Program-made: the position numbers and the translations under genes
Part shown: positions 41,066 through 53,957 of the stretch, piece after piece
Layout of the letters: every line of letters starts with the position of its first letter
Numbering within the stretch: the stretch's first letter is position 1
The notes under the pieces: model-generated
What the model was told of the DNA's origin: nothing
Database searches by the model: none
Seen by the model: the letters and a program-made list of their open reading frames with translations, nothing else
NCBI GenBank assembly: GCA_963833985.1
Contig: CAWIAD010000002.1
Span: forward strand, 5,344,001 to 5,408,000
Origin: an uncultured Planctomycetaceae bacterium
GTDB taxonomy: Bacteria > Planctomycetota > Planctomycetia > Isosphaerales > Isosphaeraceae
DNA: 64,000 nt
Direction of reading: 5' to 3'

Positions 41066-44000
41066 ATGACAGGCTTCGCTGCGTTGCGATGGCACCCGCG
41101 CCGGCTCGTGCGGATCATGGCGGCCATGGCTGGCCTCTGGCTGCTCGCGGCCGATCCCGCGGCGCGGGGCCAGGAACCGAGGGCCCCGCTGCCGGGCTTC
41201 GACTTTCAAAAGCCGGGGTCAGCCGCCGGCTGGGGCGAACTCCCGCACGACGTCGCCCGCACGGAGACCACGCCGGAGGGCCTGGCCGTGCACATCGGCG
41301 GGCCGGACCCCTACATCCACGGCCCGGCCCGCGATTATCCGGCCGGCGTCCCGCTGTTGCTGAAGATCCGCCTGAAGTCCTCCGAGGGCGGAACGTTCCA
41401 GGTCTTCTACTTCGGGCCGCGGCACGACACCAGCGAGGCGCATTCGGCGCGCTTCGCCGTCCGCCGCGGTGCCTGGCAAGAGCAGATTGTGCCGCTGCCG
41501 CCCCTGGGCGCGCAGGCACGCCTGCGGCTGGACCCGCCCGGCGACCGCGGCGTCTGCGTCATCGCGTCGATCACCTTCGTCCCGCGGCCGCAGATCGCCG
41601 CGCCCGCCTGGCCACAGCCCAGGCCCGGCAGCGACGAGCCCGGTCCGGACGCCCTGGAGATCACCTCCGGCGCCCTCGTGCTGCGGCACCATCCGGCGCA
41701 CTGGCAGCATTTCACCGTGACCGCCGCCCGCCGCCTGGTGGCCGCCGGCCATGACCGGCCGATGATCGGCTATCTCCACCCGCGCGGCACCAGCCAGAGG
41801 CCCGGCTCAGGCCCAGGCTCAGGCCCAGGCACCAGCCCTGCCCCAGCCCCTGCCCCTGCTCCTGCCCCAGGCGCCGCGGCCCCGGTGCGCTGGATCGACG
41901 TCGCCGCGGCCGCGACGGTCACGGCCCGGCGCGACCCCGCGGCGCAGGCGATCGTGGTGGAAGCCAGCCTCCGCGACCCCGACGGCGGCACCTGGCGGCT
42001 GCGCCAGGAGTTCCGGCCCGGCGCGGCGGGCTCCATCGACGTCCGCGCCGGCTGCGCGGTGGACGCTCCGCGCGACGTCGTCTTCCTGCCGCTCTTGCTG
42101 GTTCTGCCCGGTCACGGCTCGTTCGGAGCGCTCAAGGGCCAGGCACTCTTCGCGGGCATCGAGTACCTGGAGAACGAGCCCAGCAGCTCGACGGCCGACC
42201 TGAACGGCCCCGGCGCTGCGGCGCGTGCCCGACCCGGCCAAGCTCACCTTCCCGCTCATGGCCGTGCAGGCCCATGGCCGGTACATCGCGCTGGCCTGGG
42301 AGCGCGCCGCGGAGGTCTCGGCCCTGTTCGACTCGCCCGACCGCACGTTCGGCACCGATGGCCACGTGCTGGGCCTGATCGCGCCGGGGGCCAGCGGGTC
42401 GCGCCGGGTCGATGGCGAGCTCTTCCCGCTGGAAGGCCTGCACCTGACGGCCGGACAGAAGGTGGAAGCGCGCCACGATCCTCGGCGGCCCGGCCGACAG
42501 CGTGGTTGCGGCCGTGCGCAAATACGTCGCGCTGCGCGGCCTGCCCCCCTGCCCCGCGGTCCCGCCGCTGGCGGACTACACGCGGCTGGCGGCCGCGGGC
42601 TGGCTCGATTCACCATTGCGCGTGGGCGCTCACTTCCGCCACGCCGTGGGCGGGTCGTTCGGTGCCCATCCGGCCGCGGATGCCGCCTGGATGATGGATG
42701 AGCTGGCCGCGCTCTGCGCTGATCCGGCCCTGTCCGGACGCTTGCGGTCGACCGCGGATGCCGCGGCCGCCGAGGTTCCCATCGAGGCGCGCTGGCACGC
42801 CGCGGTCACCACCAGCCTGCACCAGGCCGCGCCCTTGCTGCTCTCGGCCGTGCCGTACCGGCCCCGGGATGGGCGCTCGCCTTTGCCATCGTCAGCGGCA
42901 GCGGTAGCGGCATCGGCGGCGGAGGCCCCTGCGCTCGCGGTGCTCGCGGGCATCGAGCAGGCGCGGGGGCTGGCACAGGGGCTCTTGCGGCGGTTCGAGC
43001 CCGACGGTTCGGTGCGCTACCAGGCCGCGGGGGAGATGGATTACGGCCGCACGCACTTCTCCGCAGAGGCCAGCGGCTACACCGCCGAGCCGGTCTTCCG
43101 CCTGCTGGAAGCCGCCGTTTTCGCGGGCGACTCGAACCTGGTCCAGGAGGGCCTGCGCCTGGCGCGGGTGCTTCAGCGGCGGTTCGGTCACGGCGTGCCG
43201 CGCGGCGCCCAGACCTGGGAGATCCCCCTGCACACGCCCGACATCGTGGCCTCGGCGTACATGGTCAAGGCGTTCGCCCTGGCGTTCGAGCTCACCGGCG
43301 AGCCAAGGTTCCTGGACGCGGCCCGCTACTGGGCCTGGACCGGCGTGCCGTTCGTGTACCTGGTCAACCCGGTGGAGATGACAGAAGGGCAGCAGCCGCA
43401 GGAGGAGCCGGAGCAGCAGCCGCAGCAGTCCGGGGCGAACCGGGTCGGCCCGTACGCGACCATTCCCGTCCTGGGCGCCACGCAGTGGCAGGCCCCCAAC
43501 TGGATTGGTCTGCCCGTGCAGTGGTGCGGGCTGGTCTACGCCGACAGCCTGAGATCGCTGGCGCGGCTGGACCCGCGTGGCCCCTGGCGCAAGCTCGCGC
43601 GCGGCATCGCGGCCTCGGGCATCTTGCAGACCTACCCGCTCGACCACCCGCACCGCGGTCTGCTGCCCGACTCGTTCAGCCTGGCGGCCGAGGCGCGCAA
43701 CCCGGCCGACATCAACCCCGGCCTGCTCCAGCCCGCGGCGCTCTGGCTGCTGGCCGGCGACCACCCCGGCGCAGTCCCTTACGCGTTTGTCGCCCTCCGC
43801 GCCAGCGGCCTGTGGGTGCACAGCCCCGGCGCGATCTCGGTGACGGCCGACCGGCCCGGCAGCGCCCGCTTCACCATCAACGCCTGGAGCCAGCGGCCCT
43901 CCTTCGCGGTCATCCACGGCCTGAAACCGCGTGGCAAGACGGCTCCCCAGGTTCGCCTGGACGGCCAGCCCCTCCCGCTCGGCGCCCCCCAGCTTTATCT

Positions 44001-44073
44001 CCCCGAACGCGGCACGCTGATCCTGCTATTGACCGGCGGCACCCCGGCAAAGCTGGAGATCGAGGCGCATTGA
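41066..44073 (+). CDS. Large secreted hypothetical protein, possibly carbohydrate-active (frameshifts ~42215 and ~42470)
   Basis: Signal peptide, CBM-like GPDPY...LRLDP domain; C-terminus with PRGAQTWEIPLHTPDI and PVQWCGLVY. Pieced together from three ORFs. Confidence 0.6.
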
Positions 44074-44138
44074 GCGGCGTGGCAGTTTCACGAATAGAGA
44101 TGCTTTCAGTCCAATAGAGAGCCATGATAGGAATTGAA

Positions 44139-44206
44139 GAGACACGATCGGAATCGTGTCCCACGGGGGATGGAAGAGACGAGATGGGCAGCTTGTCCCA
44201 CGGGAG
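44139..44206. repeat. Consensus copy of the GACACGAT palindromic repeat plus a degenerate copy
   Basis: GAGACACGATCGGAATCGTGTCCCACG matches the reconstructed intron target site. Confidence 0.85.
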
Positions 44207-44356
44207 ATGGAAGAGACAGGAAGTGAAACAGTGCGGCTTCCTCGGCATCGTCCCTTGCTTCCGCCGGCCCGCGTGGCCTAGGATCAAGGAGACGGCCGCG
44301 GCCCGATCAGGGGATTGCGGCGCAGGTTCATTACCAGGGTGCAGGAGACTGGCTCC

Positions 44357-44647
44357 ATGGCGGGCATTGGCAAGTTCAAGCTGAGCGACGCGCTGCCGAA
44401 GACTCAGGCGAGCTTCGAGGAGGAAGTGCCCGGGGCGGTCCTGGGCGGCAAGAATACGAGCAAGGCCAAGCCGAAGAGCAAGAAGGCCACCAAGGGCAAG
44501 GCCCAGGCGCCGCACGAGCAGGCGGCCGAACAGGTACGCGAGGCCCGGGAAAGCACCCGCGCACGGAACAACGAGGCCTCGATCCGCGGCCACATGGTCG
44601 ATATCGGCCGGGGCAACCAGCAGGCCGGCCGCCAGAAGGCCAAGTAG
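44357..44647 (+). CDS. Small basic hypothetical protein
   Basis: AGGAG RBS, host-like codon usage, Lys-rich. Confidence 0.6.
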   Translation: MAGIGKFKLSDALPKTQASFEEEVPGAVLGGKNTSKAKPKSKKATKGKAQAPHEQAAEQVREARESTRARNNEASIRGHMVDIGRGNQQAGRQKAK

Positions 44648-44675
44648 CCCCGGCCGCACACGGACGCGACCGGGC

Positions 44676-45713
44676 TCACCCCGAAACGGTAATGTACGCC
44701 GGCACCGTGCCGCTCACGTTGGCGCCGAAGCGGTTGCTGGGAACGTTGCCCGCCACGCGGATATGCCCGGCATAAACCTGCGACACACCATTGAGCGTCT
44801 GCGTGAGCGACTGCTGGATCACCGCGGCCACGGTATTGTTGTAGATTTGCAGGTCCGTGCCCGTCGTGGTCGGCAAGGGGATTGCCAGGAGCAATTGCTG
44901 AAGGCTCGTCGCCGGAATGTTGTTCGTCGCCGGGACGGTCTGCACGGCGCCGCCTGTGCCGCCTGTGGCTCCCGTGCTGCCGGACGCACCGGCGATGGAC
45001 TGGTACACGTACGTCTGGACCGCCCCGCGATTGTTGGGCGTGTGCGGGGCCACGTTGAGCCAGGGCAGCCGCTGAGGCAGGCCATTGAAATACTGCACGA
45101 GCTGGATGGCCATCTGGTTGGTGCGGTTGGTGATGTAGCTGGGAAAGATGCTCCCCGCGCTGCTCTGGCTGCTGGTGCCGACGGTTGCCGACAAGATGGC
45201 GCCCGTGCTCAGGTCGGTCGGCGTCGAAAGCGTGGGGCTGACAAACAGGGTGTTGCCGGCATAGCCGGTGAGGTAGAACGCGCCGACCGGGAAATTCCCC
45301 TGGCTGGCCTGGGCGGTGACCGGCGTGGTCGACCCGTTCGGAAAGAAGGCCGACGCGTTGTCCACCTGCATCGACGAGCCTCCCGAGGTATAGTCCGCCG
45401 TCACCTTCGCCGTGACGCTGCTGGTACTACTGGATTGCTCGTTGATCGAGGTGACATACAGCGCCTCGACGGAAGCGAATTCCTTGGCGAACGTGTTGTA
45501 CGCGCTGACGATGGTGGCGGCGGGCAAGGACCTTGGCGGATAAACCCGCGCGTGCAACGCGACACGGTGGACCGCGGCCGCGGCCCGCGCGCTCAGGAGC
45601 ACTCGCGGCTCCAGCACGCAGAGGGCCGCACACCCGGCTCCCGTGCTCCATGAGTCCGGGCGAAACCGTCGCTCGCGCCTGCGGCCACGTGTTTTGGACT
45701 TCTGCATCCCCAT
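44676..45713 (-). CDS. Planctomycete secreted protein with LEPR-xLL motif
   Basis: RRFRP...LEPRVLLS N-terminal motif; Ser/Thr-rich. Confidence 0.7.
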   Translation of the reverse strand: MGMQKSKTRGRRRERRFRPDSWSTGAGCAALCVLEPRVLLSARAAAAVHRVALHARVYPPRSLPAATIVSAYNTFAKEFASVEALYVTSINEQSSSTSSVTAKVTADYTSGGSSMQVDNASAFFPNGSTTPVTAQASQGNFPVGAFYLTGYAGNTLFVSPTLSTPTDLSTGAILSATVGTSSQSSAGSIFPSYITNRTNQMAIQLVQYFNGLPQRLPWLNVAPHTPNNRGAVQTYVYQSIAGASGSTGATGGTGGAVQTVPATNNIPATSLQQLLLAIPLPTTTGTDLQIYNNTVAAVIQQSLTQTLNGVSQVYAGHIRVAGNVPSNRFGANVSGTVPAYITVSG

Positions 45714-45866
45714 CCGCCCGATTCCTCATCGAATGCCAGGAGGCCTGCGCTTTCTCAGCAAGTATCGGCTTTTCGGCGAGTTCTCACCACTTGCTTCCGT
45801 CCCTGGGGCGAGACACGATCGGAAGCATCGACCGTGACTCAGCGGCCTACCGAGGAGCATTCTCCC

Positions 45867-46655
45867 ATGGACCTTGAGCTGACCGGGCAGGTTGTTGTGG
45901 TTTTCGGAGCGGCGCGGGGGATCGGCCGGGCAATCGCGGAGGCCTTCCGCGCCGAGGATGCCCGCGTAGTGGCCGTCGATCGAGACCGCGGCGTGACGGA
46001 CCTCTTCCCGCCCCCCGCGCTGGCGCTCGTGGCCGACGTCACTGATCTTGCGGCGGTCGGCCGCGTGGCCGAGGCGGTGCGCACTCAATGCGGGCGGTGC
46101 GACCATGTCGTCTTCGCGGTCGGGGTGGGCTCGGGCAAGTTCGGCTTCCCATTCTGGAACCTCGATCCGGCCGACTGGGAACCGGTGCTGCGGGTGAACC
46201 TGCTGGGCGCAGTGCACGTGGCGCACGCGTTCGCACCGCTCCTGGTGGCTGCTGGTGAGGGCTCGCTGCTGTTCCTCTCATCGGTCGCCGGCCAGATCGG
46301 CTCGCAGAGCGACCCTCCCTACAGCGCCGCCAAGGCCGCGCTCATCAACTTCGCCCAGTGCGCCGCGAAGGACCTGGCAAGCCACGGCGTGCGCGTGAAT
46401 TCCGTCTGTCCCGGAATGGTCAAGACCCCGCTGAACCACTCGGTCTGGCAGGCCTGGAACAGCCGCCAGAGCGAGGCGGACCGGCAATCGTACGAGGAGT
46501 GGACGGCCGAGAAGATCCACAAGCTCATCCCCTTGAACCGCTGGCAAGAACCCGAGGACATCGCCGCGATGGCGGTTTTCCTCGCCTCGTGGCAGGGCCG
46601 CAACATCACGGGCCAGACCATCAACGTGGATGGCGGCTATGTGATGCACTGGTAA
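45867..46655 (+). CDS. SDR family oxidoreductase
   Basis: GAARGIG, YSAAK, VNSVCPG and ITGQTINVDGG. Confidence 0.93.
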   Translation: MDLELTGQVVVVFGAARGIGRAIAEAFRAEDARVVAVDRDRGVTDLFPPPALALVADVTDLAAVGRVAEAVRTQCGRCDHVVFAVGVGSGKFGFPFWNLDPADWEPVLRVNLLGAVHVAHAFAPLLVAAGEGSLLFLSSVAGQIGSQSDPPYSAAKAALINFAQCAAKDLASHGVRVNSVCPGMVKTPLNHSVWQAWNSRQSEADRQSYEEWTAEKIHKLIPLNRWQEPEDIAAMAVFLASWQGRNITGQTINVDGGYVMHW

Positions 46656-46689
46656 CCACAGCTCATCTCGGCTCGGCCGCGAACGGTCC

Positions 46690-47872
46690 TCAGCGGGCAC
46701 CCATCCGCGACAGCAGTGAGAGCAAGGCCTTGCGCAGCTCGGTCATGGTGCCGTAGCGGTCGGCCGGGTCCTTCTTCAGGCAACGCTGGACGAGCTGGTC
46801 GATGGCCGCGGCATGACGCACATGCGCACGCGGAATGGACGGGACCACCGAGGGGGGCTCGGCTCGGGAGTGCTGGCGATCGAGCAGCTCCATCGACTTG
46901 CCCCGGAACGGCAGGTTCCCGGTGATCATCTCGAAGAGGACCACCCCGAAAGCGTAAATATCGGCCCGGAAGTCCACCGCGGCGGGATCGCGGAACTGCT
47001 CAGGCGCCATGTACGCGCCGGTGCCCAGCCGCGCCGGAGCGGGTCAGCCGCGGGTCGGAGGTCTCGCCCAGCGCGATGTAGTCAGCGGTTTCCAGCTCGG
47101 CTTCCTTCTCCAGCGTGCTCGGAGTGGGCACGGCCCGTCCACCCGGGCGGACCGGCACCTTGGGAACCGGCGAGCCCGCCTTCGGCACGCCCCGCGCCTG
47201 TGCCGGCGCCTGCACCCGGCCGGATCGTGCCAGCTCGGCATGCGACAGGCCGATCGGCCGCACCTGCTGCTGGTCGCGCGGATCGGTGAAGATGATGCGC
47301 TGGGGTGCCTGCGGTGCGTCGGCCAGCGGAATGGAGCCGTCGGGCAGCTCGGGGCGCACGGCCACCATCTCCTCGCAGATCCGCGCCAGGCCGAAGTCGG
47401 TGATCTTGAGGACCCCGTCCTCGGTGATGAGCAGGTTCCCGGGCTTGATGTCGCGGTGGCAGCTGAGACCTTGCCGGGCGGCGTGCTCCATGCCTTGACA
47501 AAACTGCACCCCGAATCGCAAGGCCTGTGCCAGATCGAGCTTGCGTGTGCCGATCCAGCGCGACAGGTCACCCCCCTGGACCAGCTCAATGACCACGAAG
47601 GGCTTGCCTTCGATGATCTCCACGGAGTGGGCCTGGACGATGTTCGGGTGCTGGCCCAGTTGCACCCAGAGCCGGCACTCGGTGGCGAACCGCGAGCGCC
47701 TGATGCGGTGGCTGAGCAGTTCGTCCTTGAGCGTCTTGAGCGCGACCACCATCCGCCCGGACTTGCCCAGGTGGTCGTGGACCACGTAGACCAGGCTCAT
47801 TCCACCTTCGTGCACGACGAAGATTTCGAACCGGTCGCCGATCCAATCACCCACGCTCCGGGCGCCCGCCAT
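46690..47872 (-). CDS. Ser/Thr protein kinase (frameshift near 47030)
   Basis: ALK, HRDIKPGN and DFG; YMAPE...DIYAFG continues in the next frame. Confidence 0.88.
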
Positions 47873-48072
47873 GAATCCTCACCTCGACTGCGGCCCACGC
47901 CACCGCCCGCTCAATACAAGGCGGCCATGCTGGCTTCATTATACGCGGAGAAAAACCAGAAGCTGGCCGCGCGTGCCGGTTGCTGAGTGAGAATTCAGGA
48001 CATAGCCCGGCGCTCATCGGTACAGGAGACGGCAAGGGGAGGGGTCAGGAGAAGCGGGGCGGAGGGTGCCGC

Positions 48073-48654
48073 TCACGCGCTGCGGAGATGGCGATCGGCG
48101 TGCCAGTCGGCGGCCGTCAGCCGGTAGAGCCTGTGCAGCAGTCCGGCGAAGACCGTGTCCGTCTCGTAGGAAAAGCCGAGCTTCTGCATCACTCGCTGGG
48201 AGGCGATATTGAAAGGCAAGGTCCAGCTTGCCACCTCATCCAGGCCAAGCTGCTCGAACCCGATGCGCAGGCTGGCCGCGGCCATCTCGGTGGCCAGGCC
48301 GCGGTTCCAGTGGTCAAAGATGACGGCATAGGCCAGGCCCACCACGTCCTGGTCGTCGATGGTGTACCACTTCAGGCCGCAACGGCCCAGGAACGTTCCG
48401 GTGTCCCTGGCCCGGAAGATCCAGAAGCCGAACCCATGCTCCGCCCAGTGGGTGTCGTTCTGGATCAGGCCGTCCTTGGTGACGTTGTCGGGCAGGATTT
48501 GCCCATCGCGGGAGAGTGTCTTCATGACCTGGGGATGCAGATGCAGCCGGCGAATCTCCGGATAATGCGTGGACGTAAGACGCTCTGCCACCATCCGCCG
48601 CGTCGTGAAATGATCAATCCCTGACCGAACCAGGTCAGCCCTTGTGGAAACCAT
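48073..48654 (-). CDS. GNAT N-acetyltransferase (RimJ/RimL-like)
   Basis: HGFGFW, WNRGLATE and NIASQRVMQKLG. Confidence 0.9.
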   Translation of the reverse strand: MVSTRADLVRSGIDHFTTRRMVAERLTSTHYPEIRRLHLHPQVMKTLSRDGQILPDNVTKDGLIQNDTHWAEHGFGFWIFRARDTGTFLGRCGLKWYTIDDQDVVGLAYAVIFDHWNRGLATEMAAASLRIGFEQLGLDEVASWTLPFNIASQRVMQKLGFSYETDTVFAGLLHRLYRLTAADWHADRHLRSA

Positions 48655-48884
48655 GGCCCCCTGCTCTTTCTGCGTCGAAAGATGAACGACTCATCACAGG
48701 ATATTCTACGATCTTTCGATGCCCGGGTCGATCGGAATACCGAAAGATGCGCACCCAGAGCGAGCGGCGCACCCAGATCCAGGACCCGTGAAACAGGCAC
48801 AGTGAGTCCAGCTTTCCCTCCCTGCATTGCGGCCGGGCGGAAGTCGCGGTCGGCCGCTGGACCGGCACTGGTGGTGCCGATCCA

Positions 48885-49406
48885 TCACTCCGACGTTGTG
48901 ATCCGGGGACGTCCCCTGCCTCTACGAGGCATTTCCACATCCAGCGCGGGAACGAAGTTGCGGCTTGGCTCCGGCTGGGAGGCTATGCTCGGCGGAGGAA
49001 TAATGGGCAGCAAACGGAACGATTCCTCGACGATCCGAGCAATTCCGTCCGCCAGCGGAGAGCTCAGGAGCATCCGGAACTTTTCGATCAGCTCGTCGGC
49101 CCGATCGGTCGAGAACGATCGCTCCAGGCTGCCGCTCACCATGGTATGGGCGTAAGCCGCGCCCTCGCCCGGCCCTTCCGCGACGGCCCCCTGCTCGCCG
49201 AGCACCGGTGTGGAATCCAGCAAGATCTCCAGGGGCACGCCCAGCGCTCGGGAAATCCTGCGTAGCGTACCCGCCTGCGGCTTGCTCGTATTGCCCCGTT
49301 CAATCTGGTAGAGCGCGGTCCTGGAAATCTTGGCGCGGTTGGCCAGCTCGTCGGGCCCCCACCCCTTGGAGTAACGCAGGTCGCGGATTCGTTTCGCCAG
49401 ATTCAT
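48885..49406 (-). CDS. XRE/Cro-family HTH regulator
   Basis: IRDLR...ELANRAKISRTALYQIERG...ISRALGV. Confidence 0.9.
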   Translation of the reverse strand: MNLAKRIRDLRYSKGWGPDELANRAKISRTALYQIERGNTSKPQAGTLRRISRALGVPLEILLDSTPVLGEQGAVAEGPGEGAAYAHTMVSGSLERSFSTDRADELIEKFRMLLSSPLADGIARIVEESFRLLPIIPPPSIASQPEPSRNFVPALDVEMPRRGRGRPRITTSE

Positions 49407-50827
49407 GAACCGCCTCGTTTCTAAATGGATTGAACCAGATGTCTCAAGGAATTATACGTAATCGAGACGTCCCGCCCGTCGATCAACAAGATTTTTTTCC
49501 GTGAATTCCGAGCATAATTCGTCCTCAAAAGAAAATCAATTACGAACCGAGGATTTTCGGTTCAACAAGGCCGTACTCGCTCGCAGTGTGTTTTATTGAG
49601 CTTCCCGGGCCCGATCGTACTCTCGATTCCACACCTTGCATGATTCGCGCATCCCGCCTCGCACGCGGGAATGGGACCAGGGATGGACCTACCGCCTGGC
49701 GTGTCCGTCAGCACCCGGCCCTCCGATCGACGTGTGACGGGCCCGCCTGCACGAGATCCATCCGGATCCCTCAACCATGGCAGAAAAGACTGGGAGTGAG
49801 TCCACGTGGGAAGTCTGCGAGCGGAAGCTAAAGCCATTCTAAACGCCTTGCGGCGTCGGGACATGAAACGGTAGGCAGATATTGTCGGAGCGAGAGGAGC
49901 GTTCGATGAATCATTCATCACAAATACGACACGCAAGTAAACAACTTCGTCAACTTCGCACATGCTCCCAAGCGATCACAACAGGATGTTCCGGCCGGTT
50001 ACCCGGGTTCCCGGCCTGATCGCAAGTGTCACAGCCGGTTCGCGGCCCACCGCGGCTGGAACGGAGTGCGTACGGAATCGACCCGGAAGCCGCCACGGGA
50101 CAGCCGGGAGCGGAAGACAACGAACATTTCTGGAAAAACAAGGCCATTCCCGTTGCTGCCGGCCATTCCGCCCGTCAGGTCCTGCCCAACCCGTACGCAC
50201 GCCCAAGAATCAGCCATTGATTGCTTGCATGTTTCCAAAAAAGGACAGGAGCGGGATCTCACCACGTCGGGAGGCCCTGTGACCGGCTGATCCGTGCAAC
50301 ATTATGGCTGTTGCGTTCCGTTCCGCATCGAAATCTGAGCACGCCAATTCCCATTCTTGTGAGAATCCGGTAGAGCCTCTTGAGCTTGACGACGAACCAT
50401 GTATAGTGTCACTCTTGTGCAATCAAGGATATTGTCTCGCATCCAAGCATAGAGGTGATCGGTTCTCTGGCGGCCTGCTTGATCGTGGCTTTCTCCGTTT
50501 TGCGCTTGCTGCCTGCACGGCAGTTCCTCTCCGTACCCTTGGTCTCTCCAGGTTGACTGTCTTTTTTTAGCGAACGTTCGTCGCATGCCAGGCACACGGA
50601 ACAGTTCACGCCAGCCGCGCGAAGTACGCAGTCCGCGTGCGTGAGCTGAGGCTGCCTGCGGATTCTCGGTAGACGGGCCAACGATAGGCCCGCAGCCAGG
50701 AGCCCCGGACCCGCCTGGCACACCATTGATGGTGAATGCAACGCAGAGCGGCACCGAATTGCCAGCGATCGGCTCAAACCTGAGGCTCGTCTCTCATTTC
50801 GTCAAGGTGCGTGGGAGCTATCACGCG

Positions 50828-51448
50828 ATGAATCTGCCTTCTCAAGATTTCGACATGTTCTGGGTGTCCTGCGCCACGCGCAAGCCAGTGCCGCCAAGCC
50901 GCCCGGTGGTCCCCGTGTATCGCGTGGGTGAACCGCTCCAGCGGGGCCGGCGGCAGTGGCCGTGCGGCGCCCAGTTCATTCATGGCCGCAACGGCCACGA
51001 GCTGACGTTGTTCCTCCCCGAGATCGACCACCGCCACGTCCAGGACGTGAAAAACGGCGAGGGCGAGTTCGCCGTCATCACCCTGCACCCTCTCATCGTC
51101 CTGGCTTATCGCTTTGGCCGCTCGGTTCCCTGGAACGACGTTCCCTACTGCTGGCACATGCAGCCGCCGCCCTACCGCGTCCTTCCTCCCCAGGAAACGT
51201 CCCCCGAGACCCGGGCCCTGCTCTGGGTCACACTCGTCGGCGCCGAGGACGGCATCATCCATGCCCAGCGCGGCATGACCCTGGCCCCCGAATTTACCCG
51301 CATTCTCAACGCCGCCATCCGCTCCCAGGCCCGCTCCACCTTCGACCCGGACGCCTGCGCCGAGGCGGTCAGCCACCTGTTCATCGCCCACCCGACCATC
51401 TCCGACCGTCTGGCCCTCGCCCAGTCCCGCACCATCGGCAACCAATGA
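50828..51448 (+). CDS. Hypothetical protein
   Basis: Strong GC3 codon bias over the ORF; start uncertain. Confidence 0.7.
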   Translation: MNLPSQDFDMFWVSCATRKPVPPSRPVVPVYRVGEPLQRGRRQWPCGAQFIHGRNGHELTLFLPEIDHRHVQDVKNGEGEFAVITLHPLIVLAYRFGRSVPWNDVPYCWHMQPPPYRVLPPQETSPETRALLWVTLVGAEDGIIHAQRGMTLAPEFTRILNAAIRSQARSTFDPDACAEAVSHLFIAHPTISDRLALAQSRTIGNQ

Positions 51449-51508
51449 AAACGTCCGGATTGCCAAAGATGCGAGCCACCATCATTGAATGATAGCTTGC
51501 ACTGAAAG

Positions 51509-52674
51509 TCAAGGGTCCTCACAGCCCAGCACTCGATTCCAGAGCCGCTCGTAGGCGGCCACAGCCTGGCCGAGCGAAAACTCCGCGCCGACGAGCGTTC
51601 TTCCCCGGGCTCCATGGCTGCGGCAGAGTTCTGGAGCCTGCGCGGCGGCCAGCAAGCCGGCCGCCAGGGCCTGGGAATCGCCGGCGGGGACCAGCCAGCC
51701 GGTCTGGCCGGGCACGACCAGTTCCTCGGTGCCTTCCACGGCCGTTGCCACCACGGCGCGGCCGGCGGCCATGGCTTCCAGAACCACGTTGGGCATGCCC
51801 TCCCAGAGCGAGGCCAGCACCAGCACGTCGGCCGTTTTCAGGAGCGCCGCGACATCGTCCCGCTGGCCCAGCCAGTGGACCCGGCCGCACAGCACGGGTG
51901 ACGTGGAGATCTGCTCCAGCAGCCAGTTGCGGAGCGGGCCATCGCCGGCGATGGCCAGGTGCCAGCAGGGGCACCGGCCGATCACCGACGCGGCTGCCTC
52001 GAGCAGTGGGCCGACGCCTTTCTGCACGTCCAGCCGGCCGACGGCGAGAGCGAGGCGTGCGTCCTCGGGAACTCCCAGCGCGGCCCGGGGCACAGGCGCT
52101 GCGCGGTCGAATGGCCCGGGATCGATCCCGTTGGGAATGACCACGAGCCTCCGCGGGTCGATCCGGCCCACGTCGCGGCCATGGCGCAGCACCCCCTGCG
52201 AGACGCACACGGAGCCGGCCGAGAGGAAGGCGGTCCAGCGGTCGAGCGTCAGGTGCCAGGACTTCTGCCGCTCGGCCACGCGCAGGCCGCCGATCACCCA
52301 GGGGCGCCCGGCCAGGGCGCCGCCAGGCGGCTGGCCAGGTTGGCGTGGAACAGGAAGCTCTGAACCAGGGCGGGCCGGCAGCGCCGCAGCGCGCGTACCA
52401 GCCGCGCGACCACCTGGAGCGGCCGGCGCGGGCTCCCCTCCAGGCACTCGCAGGGCAGGCCGGCCTGGCGCAGCACCTGCGCGAGGCGGCCTTCGCCGCC
52501 CAGGGCAATGATCGTGGGGGCCCAGCGGTTGCGGTCCAGCCGCAAGGCCAGGTTCACCAGGGCCTTCTCGGCACCGCCGACGTCCAGGTCGGTGATCACC
52601 AGAGCCAGCGGCAGGGGCCGACCCGGAGCCGGACGATCTGGTGCACGGGCAAGGCGGTCGGCCAGGGTCTGCAC
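51509..52674 (-). CDS. Glycosyltransferase family 4 (frameshift near 52320)
   Basis: LDVGGAE, IPNGID, VGRLDVQKG and EGMPNVVLEAMA. Confidence 0.9.
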
Positions 52675-52742
52675 GGCGGCAAGAGTTCCTTCTGCGAAGG
52701 TCGCGACCTGCTTATGATACGAAGGAACGAGGAGCTTCGCCC

Positions 52743-53805
<1,063 letters not shown>

Positions 53806-53957
53806 ACCAATGGCCGGCGGATGTGAATTGCGGGCATCATACTGCGCAGGGCCGCGTGGTGTGGCGTTATGCTCGATTGCCTTGAGGCCAGTCCGTGCCG
53901 GGGTCGGCCCCGGGGACCCGCCTCTTCGTAGGTGGTGGACGAAATCACGTTCTGATC

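Noticed and set aside
41800..41875. Short tandem CAGGCC/CCTGCC repeats
   Set aside because: They encode a GP/AP linker inside a protein; ordinary low complexity.
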